A DNA stretch of 64,000 nt, taken from Lama guanicoe. Taxonomy: Eukaryota. A program made the translations under genes and the position numbers. Within the stretch, counting starts at the first letter, position 1, and the number at the start of each line of letters is the position of its first letter. Location of the stretch: positions 4,729,846-4,793,845 of the forward strand of contig MU056737.1 of the NCBI GenBank assembly GCA_013239625.1. The letters are read 5' to 3'. The notes below the pieces were generated by a model. The model did not search any database and was not told the origin of the DNA. It worked only from the letters and a program-made list of their open reading frames with translations. Positions 62,377-64,000 of this stretch are shown piece by piece.

Positions 62377-64000
62377 TTACATGTAACATTTTAAAGACTG
62401 TCAGAAATGTATAAATCAAGTGCAGCTCGTTGAGATGATGAAGTAGAAGTCACTACAAGCCGACGCACACGAACTTGGAACACAGAGGGAGGGGAGCCCC
62501 AGGAGGGCCGCCCCACCCGTCTCGGCCCCCAGGAGCCACCTCAAGGGCCAGGGTCATCCTGACCACACGAGACACCACGTTGGGCCCCAGGCTTGGTGGA
62601 CGCTTTCCACGGCTGTCTCTTCTCTTAACAACACGTTTTGTCAGCAAATAACGTTCATTTTTGAATCACGTGTTTCCAATGCACAAGTATGTATAACTCA
62701 GCGAGCACCATGAACAACAGCGCGGGGATGGGACACGTGACCCATGGAGGGAGCGGGGAGACGAGGAGCCCCCGCCAACCCCCGGCTCCTGCATGTGCGG
62801 ATGCGGGAGGCGGGAGGAGGCCAGGGGCTGCCCGGTCTCGCTGGACGACTCACCGCAGGAAACCAACCTGCCTGCAGGAACCACGGACAGAATCCGCTCA
62901 TGTACACAGTGACTTCTTGTCCCTCCTTAGTGTCTTTCCTCTAAAGAGTGCAAAGGATGAGAGAGGGAGCTTAAATTGAGTCAAATAAAAAATAACCTCT
63001 TGAAAGCCCCTCGTACAGAAGACTTGCATTAAGCAAGCAAACTGCGGAGTCAGCGTTTGCTGGAAAGGGGGTGCAGGTCCTACTCGCTCACCGCACAGCT
63101 TCATGAAACCACCTCTGTAGGCCCGGGGTGGCTCCGCACCCAGCGGGCGAAGCCAGCAACAAGGGGGAGGCCCGGCCCGCATGACCTACGCCCGAGGTCA
63201 GCCCTGCTGCCCTGAGCGGCAGCCTCAGTGTCGCCTGAGTGCCCGGCCTCAGGCCACAGGGAACAGGAGCGCTGCTGCTCCCACTGTCCCTTTGGCCTCT
63301 CCAGACCTTCTCCTGCAGGCTGGGCTCCCCACCTCGCATCCCAGCCCCTGCCCTGGATCACCCAGAATCCAGTGCTGAACCAGGTCCCTGCCCAGGGCCG
63401 GGCCCTCCACGTTCAGTGTGGTTTGGACTGGTACCCCCGTTGCCCTCTCCAACCGCGAACATCTGACTTGTTGCTACGTTCAACTCCCTTCCTGCATCTT
63501 AATTCTTGGGATGCAACCCTTTCGGTGCAAACGCTAGGAACACATGGGGAGAGGGAGGGGCCACCCCTGCTGCGTCTCGAGAGGCTCTGAGGGGACCTCC
63601 TGCTCTGCCTGACCTGAGCCTTCAGAGGGCCCTGCCGCAGGGGCGGGGTGAGAGCGGGGGTTCCAGGCAGGAGACTCCCAGCGCCAGAGCACAGAGCGAG
63701 ATGCAGGTGGCTGGGGGCCCACGGGGCAGGCAAGGGGTGGCCGGTAGGGACGCAGGAGAGGTGGGCAGCAGACCACAGACAGTCTGCATCCAGCACTCAC
63801 CGGAGCCTTTGACCGGTGAGGGAGGGGTCGGGGCTGGGTTGGAGGGAGCAGGGAGGGCGGCGGGCGGGTGGCTGCCTGTGCTCGGGGCCTGGGCTGGGGA
63901 TGTGGTCAGCAGCCAGGGGCAGGGAGACTCCAGAATGATCCAGGAGGAAAAATCGGCATGGTCTGGTTACTTCCGATGTGGCTGGTGAGGCCCCCAAACG

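Noticed and set aside
1-64000. Long ORFs in the six-frame track (e.g. 3836-4672, 13348-14181, 14739-15440, 25647-26327)
   Set aside because: They are Pro/Arg/Gly/Ala-biased, overlap on both strands, often lack a true ATG and show no recognisable domain, as expected from stop-codon scarcity in GC-rich DNA.

Overview
This is GC-rich mammalian genomic DNA, not a prokaryotic or viral window. Two tRNA-derived SINEs matching the camelid type point to a camel, alpaca or llama assembly, and the composition suggests a subtelomeric location. There are three N-gaps. I recognise no known protein-coding gene; the hundreds of ORFs in the track are what high GC content produces by chance. The supportable content is decayed eutherian repeats (L1 fragments, L2, MIR, MaLR/ERVL LTRs, Tigger-type MITEs), two minisatellites, two simple repeats and several unique stretches rich in transcription-factor motifs. 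The best lead is a chain of minus-strand candidate exons (about 49.1 kb to 35.2 kb) with canonical AG/GT ends. It could be an unannotated lncRNA, a decayed gene or a spliced 63-aa microprotein gene, and it is unproven without RNA data. Other points: a young L1 3' end sits where an older L1 lacks several kb, and old repeats show a strong but patchy AT-to-GC shift. Repeat subfamily names come from remembered consensus motifs, and repeat boundaries are approximate.
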